Source: Fonticula alba ATCC 38817 (lineage: Eukaryota > Protista > Nucleariida). Taken from it: a stretch of DNA of 30,169 bases. The notes below the pieces were generated by a model. It searched no databases and had not been told where the DNA came from. It was given only the letters and a program-made list of their open reading frames with translations. The translations under genes and the position numbers were made by a program. The stretch lies in assembly GCA_000388065.2 (NCBI GenBank), contig KB932201.1, one strand, 5' to 3'. Of the stretch, positions 1 through 11,802 are shown in pieces; within the stretch, counting starts at the first letter, position 1, and each line of letters begins with the position of its first letter.

Positions 1-48
<48 letters not shown>

Positions 49-371
49 ATCCACACCCTCGAAGTGGCGGCAAAATACCGCGGCCTGCGGGGAGGAGGGC
101 CCGGTGGAGGGCGAGAGCCGGGGGAGCCCGAGGCCGCGCGCAAGAGGGCCCATCTGCTCGAGTGGGGTAGATCGTGCCCGGCCAGGAGAGACTAAAGGCC
201 GGGCGTCCTGACTGGGGCCCCCCGGCTGTCGATAGATCCCTCCCCCCCCCCCCTGCCTCGCGCGCCCTTGATGCCGGTTTCCTTTTGCCCCTTTTTTCGA
301 CCCCCCTCCCCCTCGCCCGTCCCCCTGCTCTTGGTCCTCTCCCCGCGTGCACACCTCCTTGGCGTGCAGTC

Positions 372-909
372 ATGCCACCGCTGGCCGCCGAGGATGACGA
401 GGGCCTGCCGCCCTACATGAAGCGTGTGCGCAATGACTTTCACCCCAACAGCAGCATGTACTTGGTGGGCAAACGCCGGCGCCTCGGCCGGGCGCCCCTG
501 TGGTCCTATACCACGAACAATCTCCTGCCGTCGGATTTGAACCGGCAACGGCTGCCCACCGCCGAGTCCGGAATCGAGCTGAACCCCATGCTGACCGGCC
601 TGTCGGCCGAGTTGATTGGCTCCTCACGGGCCGCTCCGCCGGCTGATGGGCCTCTGGCTTCGAGTGTGCGCATGGATGATGCGGAGGACCCCCTGGCCAG
701 TGGGGCCGGGCAGTTGGCCTTTCAGCTGGACCATTTGCCCCAATCGCAATGGGCGCCGCCGGGCCGGCCGCTCGGCCTGCATGAGGACCAGCACCGTGTG
801 GCTGAGCCGCAACAGCGGCAGCAGCAGCACCACCACCACCAGCTTCTTGAGCAGCAGCGGCTTTTGGAGCAACAACGCGACGCCCAACTTCAAGAGCAGC
901 AGTGGCTGA

Positions 910-946
<37 letters not shown>

Positions 947-3652
947 CCNNNNNNNNNNNNNNNNNNNNNNNNNNNNNNNNNNNNNNNNNNNNNNNNNNNN
1001 NNNNNNNNNNNNNNNNNNNNNNNNNNNNNNNNNNNNNNNNNNNNNNNNNNNNNNNNNNNNNNNNNNNNNNNNNNNNNNNNNNNNNNNNNNNNNNNNNNNN
1101 NNNNNNNNNNNNNNNNNNNNNNNNNNNNNNNNNNNNNNNNNNNNNNNNNNNNNNNNNNNNNNNNNNNNNNNNNNNNNNNNNNNNNNNNNNNNNNNNNNNN
1201 NNNNNNNNNNNNNNNNNNNNNNNNNNNNNNNNNNNNNNNNNNNNNNNNNNNNNNNNNNNNNNNNNNNNNNNNNNNNNNNNNNNNNNNNNNNNNNNNNNNN
1301 NNNNNNNNNNNNNNNNNNNNNNNNNNNNNNNNNNNNNNNNNNNNNNNNNNNNNNNNNNNNNNNNNNNNNNNNNNNNNNNNNNNNNNNNNNNNNNNNNNNN
1401 NNNNNNNNNNNNNNNNNNNNNNNNNNNNNNNNNNNNNNNNNNNNNNNNNNNNNNNNNNNNNNNNNNNNNNNNNNNNNNNNNNNNNNNNNNNNNNNNNNNN
1501 NNNNNNNNNNNNNNNNNNNNNNNNNNNNNNNNNNNNNNNNNNNNNNNNNNNNNNNNNNNNNNNNNNNNNNNNNNNNNNNNNNNNNNNNNNNNNNNNNNNN
1601 NNNNNNNNNNNNNNNNNNNNNNNNNNNNNNNNNNNNNNNNNNNNNNNNNNNNNNNNNNNNNNNNNNNNNNNNNNNNNNNNNNNNNNNNCAGCAGCAGCAG
1701 CAGCAGCACCTTCACACATACTCCCAGGGCCAGTCGTTCATGCAAACCAGCGATCAATTCATGCGCTCTGGGTCCATGCCGGGGCCATTGGTCGAGGTCG
1801 CCGCGATCCCGGATCTCTTCCCCCGGAGCATGCCCTCCAGCTGGGGCGAGCCGTTTGCCGCGGCGCCGGCTGTGGCCATTCCCCGGCCTGGTGGCGGCCT
1901 GGCGGAATCCCTGCTGGCCGAGGACCACACGCCGCCGAACCTGTCGGATGGGAGCCTGCTCGGCCCGAGTGGAGCGCCAACCGGGACTCCCGTTCTCGGA
2001 ACCCCGGTGGCCAGTCGACAGGCGTTCTTCCGGCAGAGTGCCAGCCTCGGGGGCTCGCGAGCTGGCTGGTCGCCAGCCGTCCTCCCACGCACCTCCTCGC
2101 CCCTGGCGGTGTCTGGTCGGGCCGCGCGCATGGCCGAGTCCTCCGGGCTAGCCGAGCGGTCGGTCCTTGGGGGCCCCCTCTGGAGGGACTCCCGCCGGCC
2201 GGCCGCTCAGCCGAACACGGCCCCACCGGCCGGCGCTGCCCCCCCTGACTCGGGTCTTTTCTCCCTCTCCCGACCGCCGGCCTCTCGATGGAACCAGGGC
2301 CCTAGCTTGGCCAAGTCGGCCGCCTCGGTGGGGGCTGTCGCTCCGACGGCGGCGGCCACCGCGACCCCTGCGGCCAAGGCACCCACCCAGGTAGCAGGCT
2401 CCCTACCATCGAGCGTCCCGACACCGGCTGCGTCAGCGCCGCCCGGTCCGGCAGGCAGTGTGGCCTCGGTGCGGGCAGCGCCCGAGCAGCCACCGGAAGC
2501 CCCTGCCGTGCCCTCGATCTTTCCTGTCGCCCGGCCGCCCGCCGGCACGAGTGTCCTTGCCCGCCCGGGCTCCAGCATGTCGGGCACCTTGGCCACCTCT
2601 ACCACTGTGGCTCCCCCGGCTTCGCAGGCCTCCGTGGCTGCTTCGGTTGGGCCGGCTCCCTCGGCCACCTCCGGCTCGGGGGCCAGTTTGGCAGATCCCT
2701 TTGCCGGTCTGCTGGCCAGCCCCGGGTCGTTGAACACCCTGGCCGGCTCCGCCGCCGCTCCGCCTGCCACCTCCATGGCCCCCGACATTCCCGCTGCGCT
2801 GACGGCGGCCGACTGGCCAACCGGGCTCGAGTCGCTGACTGAGCTCTCGCTCGAGGTGCCGAACTCTGAGGGGCCGCTTTTCATCGAGACCCCGCCGCTG
2901 CCCTGGCTACAGGGAGCCGGATCGGCGGACGCTCGGGCCCGGGCCCCGGCGCCGGCTGGCCCGCTGGCAACGTCGGCCCCCGGGACGGCGGCCCGGCGCC
3001 CCGCCACCAGCTCGCTGGCCACCGTACGCGATGTTTCCTCCTCGTCGGAGGCGTCCTTCCACGGCGCCTCCACCAATGGCCGGGCTCCCTTTGTCTCGCG
3101 CACTGGCCGCTATTTGGCCCTGGCCGTCAGCCAACTGGACGAGCAGTCCCCCCTGATCGGAGGCAAGACCTCCCTTGCTGTATGTTTTTATTTTTCGCCC
3201 TCCCCTCCCTGCACCTTGTCGCTGCCGTTGCCGCTGCCATTGCCGTTGCCCCCACCGTCGCCTCTTGCCTTGCTGGGGTCCCTTGTGGCGACTGACATTC
3301 CGCCCGCTGACAGGGGGATTTGCCGGCCCCGCCGGAGCCCGAAACATCGAAGCCAGCCGGCCCAGGCCCCGGTCTCTTCGAGGGGCATTCGGTCCTGGGG
3401 CTGGATGAAGATCTGCACACAAGCCCGGATGATGCGGGCCGGCTGCTGAATACGCCCCTGCCGTCGGGATTCCACCGGCCCGGGGCCTTTATCACACCGG
3501 CCGGGCCTGGTGCGGCCCTGGCCATGCCATCCACCGAGCCGGTGACCCTGTCGCTGGCAGCCAGTCGCAGTCTCCGGCAAACTCCGGGGACTGACGAGCG
3601 CCTGGCCCTGGACCAGGCCTATGGTCGCTCGGGGCTCTGGCCAGCCCGAGCC

Positions 3653-3690
<38 letters not shown>

Positions 3691-6600
3691 CGGGCCAGAG
3701 GCCGAGCTCGAGGATGAACACTTTGTCTCGCCATTCTCCTCGCCACAGCAGCTGGGCCTGCTGCTGGCGTCGCCGGATCTGCAGCCGAGCCTGGCCCCGA
3801 GCGCCGGCCCGGTGGCCGATCGTGAGCTGGCCTCGGCCCTGCTGGAGACCGATCTGCCGATGGCGATGGCCCCGGCGGCCTCGGGGCCGGCCGGTTCCGA
3901 CGACGCCGAATTCGTCCGGCGCATGAATCGTCAGACGGATGCCGCCGTCGTGGCCCAGGAGACCGATCCCCTGGACGAGCTGTCATTTGTGGCAGGCCTG
4001 CGCGCCGGGGAGGCCTCGGCCCCGGTGGGGTCCGGCGCTGCCGCCTCTGCCCTGGCCTCGGGCCGCTCGCCGCCGGCGCTTTTGTCCTCCAAAATCGGCG
4101 CCCCCAGTGCCTTGTCCTTGGCGTCGGCCACCTTTGCCCCACTCCCGGCTCGTGGCCCAGATGCCGGTCCTCCTGCGCCGGAAGCTGTTGCCACTGTGGC
4201 TCCGATTGTCCCGGCGAGTGCCGTGGTTCCTGCCCCTCCGGCGGTTGCCCCGGCCCCGGCGGCTCCTCGGGCCGAGGCCACGCGCGAAATCTCCGCGCCC
4301 GGCTCGCGTCCCCGGTCGCAGCTGGCATCCAGCCTCATCAGGATCCCCGGTCGGTCGGAGCCCCAGTCGGCGATGCCGTCGGTCGATGCCCGACGGTGGC
4401 TTGGCAGCGTGCAAGCGCCCGAGTCCAGTTTCGCCCGGGCCATGGCCGGTGCTCTGGCCGGAGCGGCCACAGCGGCCACAATGGCGATGGCCACACCGGC
4501 GGCCGAGCCGGCACTGCTCGCGGCGCCCGATGCCCAAGTTGCTGCGCAGCCCCCTGCCCAGGTGGCAGCCGCCTCGGCGAAGCTGGCCCCGGCTCCGGCC
4601 CCGGCCCCGGCCCCGGCCCCGGCCCCGGCCCCGGCCCCGGCTCCAGACCGGGTGTCGGCCGCATGCCGGATCCCGGTGATGCCCTCTCCGGTAACCACGG
4701 CGCCGGATGGCCAAGCCCAGCCCGTGTCCTCGGCCGTGTCCCTGGCGCAGTCACACCCGCAGAGGTCCTCCACGGTGGCGGCCCTCGCGCCGACCACCCC
4801 CCGGCATGGGGACTCGTACTACACCCTGCAGCCGGGCCTGAGCCAGCTGACCGGCACCCCCTCGCCGGTGACACGAGTCACCTGGCAGTCGAACCTCACC
4901 GGGTTCGGAATCACCGGTGGCGTGGCCCACCGGGCCGTGCCGCGACTTCAGAGCACCATGCGCCTCGGGCCAGACGCCGGCGCCGGTGACAGTGGCATGG
5001 CCACCTCGACGCCTGCCGGGCCCGGGCGCCTCAGGCCGGCGGACTTGTCGGCCCTGCATACCCCGACGATCGGCGGCACCGGGCGAGTGCTGCGCTTCGG
5101 CGCGGACGCCAGTCGTCCCCCCCGGCCGCCTTTGACAGCATTCGTGTCGCCCGGCTCTTCGCCTCCGGCCGGGCCTTCGGCTGCCATGCCGGCCGGTGCG
5201 CCGGCCGCAGCCCTGGCCACCGGGCCGGCCACCACCCCTGCTCCCATGTCCGAGGACACCCACGCGCATGCGCCGGCAGCCACATTGGAGCTCGCCCCGC
5301 TGGCCCGGTCCGCCTCGCTCCCCGTCCACCTGGACAGGTCTGCCCTGCCCTCGGCCACGGTGGGGGAGCCTGCTGCGGGGGCCCCCCGTGCGCGTGCTTC
5401 GACGAACGCGGGCCCGGTGCCGGAGCCAGCCGCCCTCTCGGCCTCCGGCTCTGGCCCGCCCTCTGGCAGGGCCGATCTGGCCCCTCCGAGGGACGATGCG
5501 CCGGCGGTTGGGGATCTGCTTGAGCGAGCGCAATTCATCTTCCGCATGTTTGACTCGCTGCTCGTCACACAGGACACCCCCCCTCCCGGGGGCCCTGGCG
5601 GCCATGACCACACTCCGGCCCGCGACGCGGCGCCAGGCACCCCCCAAACCGTCATTCGCTTGGGACCCGACGCCGGCCGAGCCATCGCCCCGGCTGCGGC
5701 CATGGGCTCCCCCGACGACACTAGCTTCCGGGGGGGCGCCCACTCGCCTGGCGAATTGACCATGAGCGCAGCCGCTGACGAGTCCCCCGAGCGGGTCTCC
5801 TCGGCACCGCCCACCCGGGTGCTGAGCCCCCCCTCGGAGGACAGCTCTTTGGCGAACTTGGCCTTCTTGGATCTGTACGCCCGGTGACCACCATCCTGCA
5901 CCCAGCACCCTGCCCGGTCTCCTGCTGGCCTGTGCGTGCCCGGCACGTTTGTCGACTGACAATACCGAACCCCGCCGCCCGCTTGCCCTTCGAGCAGCTC
6001 TGCCATCCAATTGGACCGCACACGCCTGGAGGAGCTGATGCCGTACCCGGACGCCGGCGGCCGGGCCTTCCAGCCGGCCTTCCCGCGGCTACTCAATCTC
6101 AACCTTTCAAACAACCAGCTGGACGGTGTCTTCCCCCGTGCGTGTGCCCGAACACATGTGTCCCCCTGCTCTCGAGCCACACTGACCAGGGTGTTCCCGT
6201 GCGCCCTCTTCCGCCCGGTCTGGCCGACCCGGCGCAGTGGACCTGATCATGTCACACTGCCCGGCATTGGCCGAGCTGGACGCCTCCAACAATGGCATCC
6301 TCTCGCTGTGCCTCCGAGGGGAGATGCAATTCCTGCAGCTCCGCCGTTTGGATATCAGCGCCAATTGCTTGACCAGTTTGCGACACATCCAGCGCCTGTG
6401 CGTGACTCTGCACCGCTCGCGCTTCCTCTTGCCTTCCCTTGCCCCGTTCCCCGGTGTTTGGATCACATACTCATGAACCCCCTCGGCCAGCACAGCCCCC
6501 GCCTGGAACATCTCATCGCCTCGGCCAACCCGCTGGAGCGCCTGTGCGACTGCCAGTACCCCGGAGCGCCGGCCTGCTGCGGTGGCGGCGCCTTTTCCCT

Positions 6601-6766
6601 GTCCTTCCTCAAATCCTTGATCATCAGTGCGTTGCATGTCCCAGCTGGGCCCCGATGCCCGGCTTTCTCGCGGCCTGCAACAGACCTGTGGCCCCTTTTC
6701 CCCTTCTCGAGACAAGCCGCTGATGCCTCCCCCCCCCTCCTTCACACACCCACGCACGCACACACG

Positions 6767-6841
<75 letters not shown>

Positions 6842-9005
6842 TCCGTCGCCAGATGAGACTCCGATTGCCGTGGTGGGCCCCTGCTCCGGCGGATTTACTC
6901 TATCCCTGCCTGGCGAGCCGGACAATGCACCCTCCTGGCACATGGGTCATATGCGCCAGCTTTCCGCCTCCAACTGCGCGGCCCTCAAATATGTGCACCT
7001 GGACATGTTCCCGGCACTGGTGCGTCTCAGGCCGAAGTGCCGGAAGCGGCCCTTTCCTTTCTCATCCTCTTGCTCCCCCAGCCTGTCTCGCTCCGAGTGC
7101 TGACCCTCCTGTATGGTGCATCGGCAGACCTTCCTCGGGCTGGATGGATCACCTGTCACGGAAATTCGCGCATCCCCACCTTCCGTCACATCAGCCCTCC
7201 AGCTCCATGTCGAGCTGGGCCGGGTGCCGGATGCCGAGTGGTGTGTTCTTTGCTTGCCCGCTGCACTTGTCCTTCCCCTCTCTTGACCCCCTCTCCCCCC
7301 GGGCCTCACTCACCGACTACTCTCCCCCCTCCCCCCTCCCCTCCTATCCGAAGGCGGACCCTCAACCCGACCATGTTCGGCCGCCTGTGGCGCACATCCG
7401 GGCACCTGGTCAAGTCACTGGCCCTTTCAGGTGCGCCAACCCCCCCCCCCCCCCCCCGCCCCCTTTCCGCGCATCTCCCCTCGAATCTGACCCAGTACCT
7501 CAGACGTGGTGCCCACTTGCAGCCTGGTGGAGCTGCTGCAACCGGTGGCCGACACCGTGGGCAGCATCACCGTGGCCGATTCGGCCACGCTGGCGCTCAT
7601 CCCCGAAGCCGGCAGCCCGGCGCACATGCATGCCCGACCGCTGGCGGCTCTGCGGAAAATCCGCCTCAAGCGCACGCCCTATGCCATTGCCCCCCGGTCG
7701 GATGGGGTCCTGCGTCGGCTTCTGCCCAGTCTCTCGGAGATCATCAACTGCACGCCGGGGTTCTGCTCGGTGCGCGGCAGCGCGTCCGGCTCGCCGGCGT
7801 CCGGGACCGGCTCTCTGGCGACCTCCTCCGGCGAAGGGGCCCCCGGCCAGGCGCCAGGGCCCTGGTCCCGGTCGTTTGGCGCGCCGGCCGCAGCTGGCTG
7901 GTCGGGCGTGCCGGAGCAACCCGGCAACCCGGCCGCGCCGCTCGAAAATAGCATGCCGGCTCCGCTGATGGGCGGCCTGGATTCCTCGCTGGCAAGCCAA
8001 CTGGCCAGTCAATTTGTGGGGAACCTGGACATCCTGCAGCCGGGCCATTTGACGAGCCCGCTATTGCGTGATCTGGAGCTGGCAGACTGGCCGGCCCCGG
8101 GTGATGTGCCCGCTCAGCAGGTGGCTGATCGACTGGCGGCCCCGCCGGCTTTGGCCGACGGTCCGCCCGCGTCGGCGATCGCTGCCGGCGAGGAGCCGGG
8201 CCCTGGTGCCTCGCCCACACCGTCCGGCATCCTGCCGGTGCGCGATCCGCACCTGGGCCTGGAGCTGATTGGGCTTCGTGCCGGCTGGTCGGCTGGCCCC
8301 GGGGCCAATGCCCAAGTGGCTGCCGCCTGCCAGGCTTTCCTGGACTCCTGCTCGCTGGTCGGACTTGGGACGGGGAAGCAAATCCGGCGACGGGTGCTGC
8401 GCGGCTCGCCGCGGCCAGCCGGCAGCACCGAGGCCATCCGCCGTCTGCTGGCGGACATCCCCGGGGGCCGGCACAGCCCGGCCCTGCGGGTGGCCTTCGC
8501 CGGCGGGCATGCCGACATTCTTGAGCGCCTGGCAGCGCCCAGTCGCCGGCCTCGGCGGGCACATGGCTCCTCGGCGCATCGGCTCGCCTGGTCCGATTGG
8601 CCGGGGCTGTGTGAGGCAGTGGCAAGCCGCAATTCGGTGGCCGAGTCGCCTGCCGGAGCCTTCAGCGCGCTGGTGTGTCTCCTGTGGCTTGGCCGCGCGG
8701 TGGATAGCGACCATGGCCGGTCCTTCCACGAGGTGGCCTCATCGCTGCTGCGCCCGGCGGCCGATCGGCACCCGGAGATGTCCCCATGGGCCGGCGGGTC
8801 GGACATGCTTGGGTTCCCGAATACGGTGCTCGCCGGCCCCGGGGCTGGCCCCGGGGTGGAGGAACTTGCCTCGGCCGGGCCTCAGGCCGGAGACCTGGCT
8901 TGGCGCGTGGCCAGCAAGATGTTGGCCACCGGCACCGTATGGCTGGCCAATCCGACCGGCGCCGCGCGCGTGGTTCCCCTCTTCTGGCTGGACTATACAA
9001 TGTGA
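372..9005 (+). CDS. Very large polyQ / Pro-Ala-Ser-rich protein with a leucine-rich-repeat block (9 exons, ~2,550 aa if the gap size is right)
   Basis: Exon model: 372-3179 (includes N-gap 949-1688), 3314-5874, 5998-6137, 6238-6397, 6496-6626, 6853-7019, 7128-7240, 7354-7430, 7504-9005. All introns are GT..AG and phases match. Splicing restores LRRs: LAFLDLSAIQL, LLNLNLSNNQL, LAELDASNNGI, LRRLDISANCL, LEHLIASANPL, LKSLIINETPI, LTFLGLDGSPV. The start codon and frame continuity across the gap are inferred. Confidence 0.7.
915..1706 (+). repeat. Coding CAG (polyQ) repeat flanking a 740-N assembly gap
   Basis: (CAG)10 at 915-944 before the gap and (CAG)6 at 1689-1706 after it, both in the gene-1 frame. 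Confidence 0.9.
3652..3693 (+). repeat. Coding hexamer repeat encoding (PE)n in gene 1
   Basis: Tandem ccggag units encode [11 protein letters not shown]. Confidence 0.9.
4586..4645 (+). repeat. Coding hexamer repeat encoding (AP)n in gene 1
   Basis: Tandem gccccg units encode [20 protein letters not shown]. Confidence 0.9.
6775..6839 (+). repeat. Intronic (CA)n microsatellite (gene 1, intron 5)
   Basis: Uninterrupted CA run directly visible. Confidence 0.95.
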
Positions 9006-9072
9006 AGCGGCGCACGACCGCAGTCGCNNNNNNNNNNCTATACAATGTGAAGCGGCGCACGACCGCAGTCGC
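8993..9072. other. 35-bp direct duplication around a 10-N gap (assembly overlap artefact)
   Basis: ctatacaatgtgaagcggcgcacgaccgcagtcgc occurs at 8993-9027 and 9038-9072, separated only by Ns. Confidence 0.85.
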
Positions 9073-9760
9073 AGGGCGGGAGGGGGGGGGGGGGGGGGGG
9101 GGGAAAGACTACACAGCCTCCTCTGGACATGCGCCCACACCTTCTCTTATGCCGCATACGCACTTGCAGGTGCATTGTCGCATCTTTCCGCATACGCACA
9201 CATATGCGTGTGCAACAGACACCCCCACACACATACATACATACACGTACATACACACACACATACACATACACACCTGCATGCGTTTGTGGATTTACCT
9301 GGGCCGGAGGATTGTATTCGGTGTTCCCTCTCTGCCTGGGGTGGTGCCCGCCTGTTACCACGGTGGCTCTTAGCGTGCCTGTGCGCCCCCACGCCCTTGT
9401 CCCCAAAATCCGGCGGGGGAGGGGGGCCAGATCGATGATTTTCTTTTTTTTCCCGGGCGAAGATCGTCAGTTGGCAGGCGACGCAACTGGCGCAGATGAT
9501 AGCTCGGGGGGCGGGGCAGGGGGGGGGGGGGGGGGTCTCCTGTGGCAGGCAGACCGGTCCCTCCTGGGCGTCTCTGTTCGGGACCATGGCTGCGTGTCAC
9601 ACTGCCACCCCTCTCTCCCCCCCCCCCCCCGGGAGAGGATTATCACTCATCGGGCGCCCGAATTCCCGTAGATGCCGCCAGGCGTCCGAGGCAAGCACAC
9701 TCCCCCTTCTCCTCCCTCGCCCCCTGCCTCCCACCCCACGAGACGCGCTGCCCTGCAAAG

Positions 9761-10737
9761 ATGTTTGCCGCCACCTTCCGCCGCCAGATGACGAGCTCAG
9801 CCATCGCCTCGCGGATTGCCACCCGCGGGTTCAAGACTGTGCGCCCCGCTNNNNNNNNNNNNNNNNNNNNNNNNNNNNNNNNNNNNNNNNNNNNNNNNNN
9901 NNNNNNNNNNNNNNNNNNNNNNNNNNNNNNNNNNNNNNNNNNNNNNNNNNNNNNNNNNNNNNNNNNNNNNNNNNNNNNNNNNNNNNNNNNNNNNNNNNNN
10001 NNNNNNNNNNNNNNNNNNNNNNNNNNNNNNNNNNNNNNNNNNNNNNNNNNNNNNNNNNNNNNNNNNNNNNNNNNNNNNNNNNNNNNNNNNNNNNNNNNNN
10101 NNNNNNNNNNNNNNNNNNNNNNNNNNNNNNNNNNNNNNNNNNNNNNNNNNNNNNNNNNNNNNNNNNNNNNNNNNNNNNNNNNNNNNNNNNNNNNNNNNNN
10201 NNNNNNNNNNNNNNNNNNNNNNNNNNNNNNNNNNNNNNNNNNNNNNNNNNNNNNNNNNNNNNNNNNNNNNNNNNNNNNNNNNNNNNNNNNNNNNNNNNNN
10301 NNNNNNNNNNNNNNNNNNNNNNNNNNNNNNNNNNNNNNNNNNNNNNNNNNNNNNNNNNNNNNNNNNNNNNNNNNNNNNNNNNNNNNNNNNNNNNNNNNNN
10401 NNNNNNNNNNNNNNNNNNNNNNNNNNNNNNNNNNNNNNNNNNNNNNNNNNNNNNNNNNNNNNNNNNNNNNNNNNNNNNNNNNNNNNNNNNNNNNNNNNNN
10501 NNNNNNNNNNNNNNNNNNNNNNNNNNNNNNNNNNNNNNNNNNNNNNNNNNNNNNNNNNNNNNNNNNNNNNNNNNNNNNNNNNNNNNNNNNNNNNNNNNNN
10601 NNNNNNNATATGACCCCATTGGCAGGGTAGCCTCTCCCAAGCGTGGTGGTGCGTTCGCACGCACGTGCACGTGCACATTTCGAAGGACACATTTGCACAT
10701 TTGCACACCTTTACGGCGTCTCACCGACACACACACC

Positions 10738-10820
<83 letters not shown>

Positions 10821-11802
10821 ATACATACATACATACATACGCACATACCAACACCCCCCCATCTCTCTCACATATACATGCCCCCCCTTCACAGCCTCTC
10901 CCGCTGAGGTTGCCGCTCTTACCAACGAGACGGCTTCCCAGTCCACCCGCGGTGGGAACATCATCATCACCATGCTGCCGACTCCGGCCCATGTGCGTGC
11001 CGTCTACACCGGGTCCGACCTGGCGGCCGCCGGAGCCGCGGTGGCTGCCGGCGCGCCGGTCTCCTCGAGCGAGGTGGTGCCCGGTGCCGGTCTCCTGGAC
11101 ATCGCCCAGGCCGGGACCATCCTGATGGATTGCTCGACCATCGACCCGGCCAGCGCTGGGACCCTGTCGGCGGCGGCACGCGAGCGCGGCCTGCGCGCCC
11201 TCGATGCCCCGGTGTCCGGCGGTGTGACCGGCGCCGCGGCCGGCACCCTGACCTTCATGCTGGGCGGGTCGCCCGATGACGCGGCCGCCGTGGACCCGCT
11301 GCTGGCGTCCATGGGCAAGGCGCGCCTGCATTGCGGCGATCTCCCCGGTAGCGGCCAGGCGGCCAAGCTCTGCAACAACATGCTTCTGGCCGTGACCATG
11401 GTCGGCGCGGCCGAGGCCATGAAGCTCGGTGCCCACTTGGGCCTGGACTCGGCCCGGCTGGCCGGCGTGCTCAATGTCTCCACCGGCCGCAGCTGGTCCA
11501 CCGACACCTACAACCCGGCCCCCGGGGCCCTGGCCAATGAGAACCTCCCGGCCAACCGTGACTATGCCGGCGGCTTCGCCAATGTCCTCATGAACAAGGA
11601 TCTCGGCCTGGCCCTGAGCGCGGCCCGGCGCGAGGATGTGGCCACTCCGATTTCCGACCTGGCCGGGCGGATTTATGCCACGCTGGCCGAGGACCCGGCC
11701 TACCGCGGGCTGGACTTCGGCTCCGTGTACAAGTGGCTGGGATCCCAGAAGCGTGCCGACTGCTCGGCAGCCGAGGCCCAGGAGAAGAAGGTCTCCTGCT
11801 GA
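9761..11802 (+). CDS. HIBADH: 3-hydroxyisobutyrate dehydrogenase, mitochondrial precursor (partly in N-gap)
   Basis: Exon 9761-9838 encodes an Arg/Ser/Ala-rich presequence (MFAATFRRQMTSSAIASRIATRGFKT). The last exon 10895-11802 has IITMLP, DCSTIDP, LDAPVSGG, GTLTFMLGG, the catalytic AKLCNNM, STGRSWSTDTYNP and DYAGGF..LMNKDLGLA. The GxGxMG exon is presumably in gap 9851-10608. A possible micro-exon near 10626-10648 is uncertain. Confidence 0.96.
9851..10608. other. Assembly gap (758 N) inside HIBADH. Other gaps: 949-1688, 9028-9037, 15821-15837, 29473-29524
   Basis: Runs of N. Several abut homopolymer or triplet repeats. Confidence 0.99.
10746..10845 (+). repeat. Intronic (CA)n / (CATA)n microsatellite (HIBADH)
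   Basis: Directly visible, upstream of the acceptor at 10894. Confidence 0.95.

Noticed and set aside
174-371. Upstream GTG start of the 1,091-aa ORF
   Set aside because: The region is a C/CT-rich leader like those before other ATGs in the window. ATG 372 is the more plausible start.
8993-9072. 35-bp direct repeat resembling a target-site duplication or CRISPR-like repeat
   Set aside because: There are only two copies, separated solely by Ns. This is the signature of unmerged overlapping contig ends.
9290-9400. TTTACCTGG..ATTGTAT, superficially like the U1 snRNA 5' end and loop II
   Set aside because: No loop I GATCACGAAG, wrong spacing and no Sm site.
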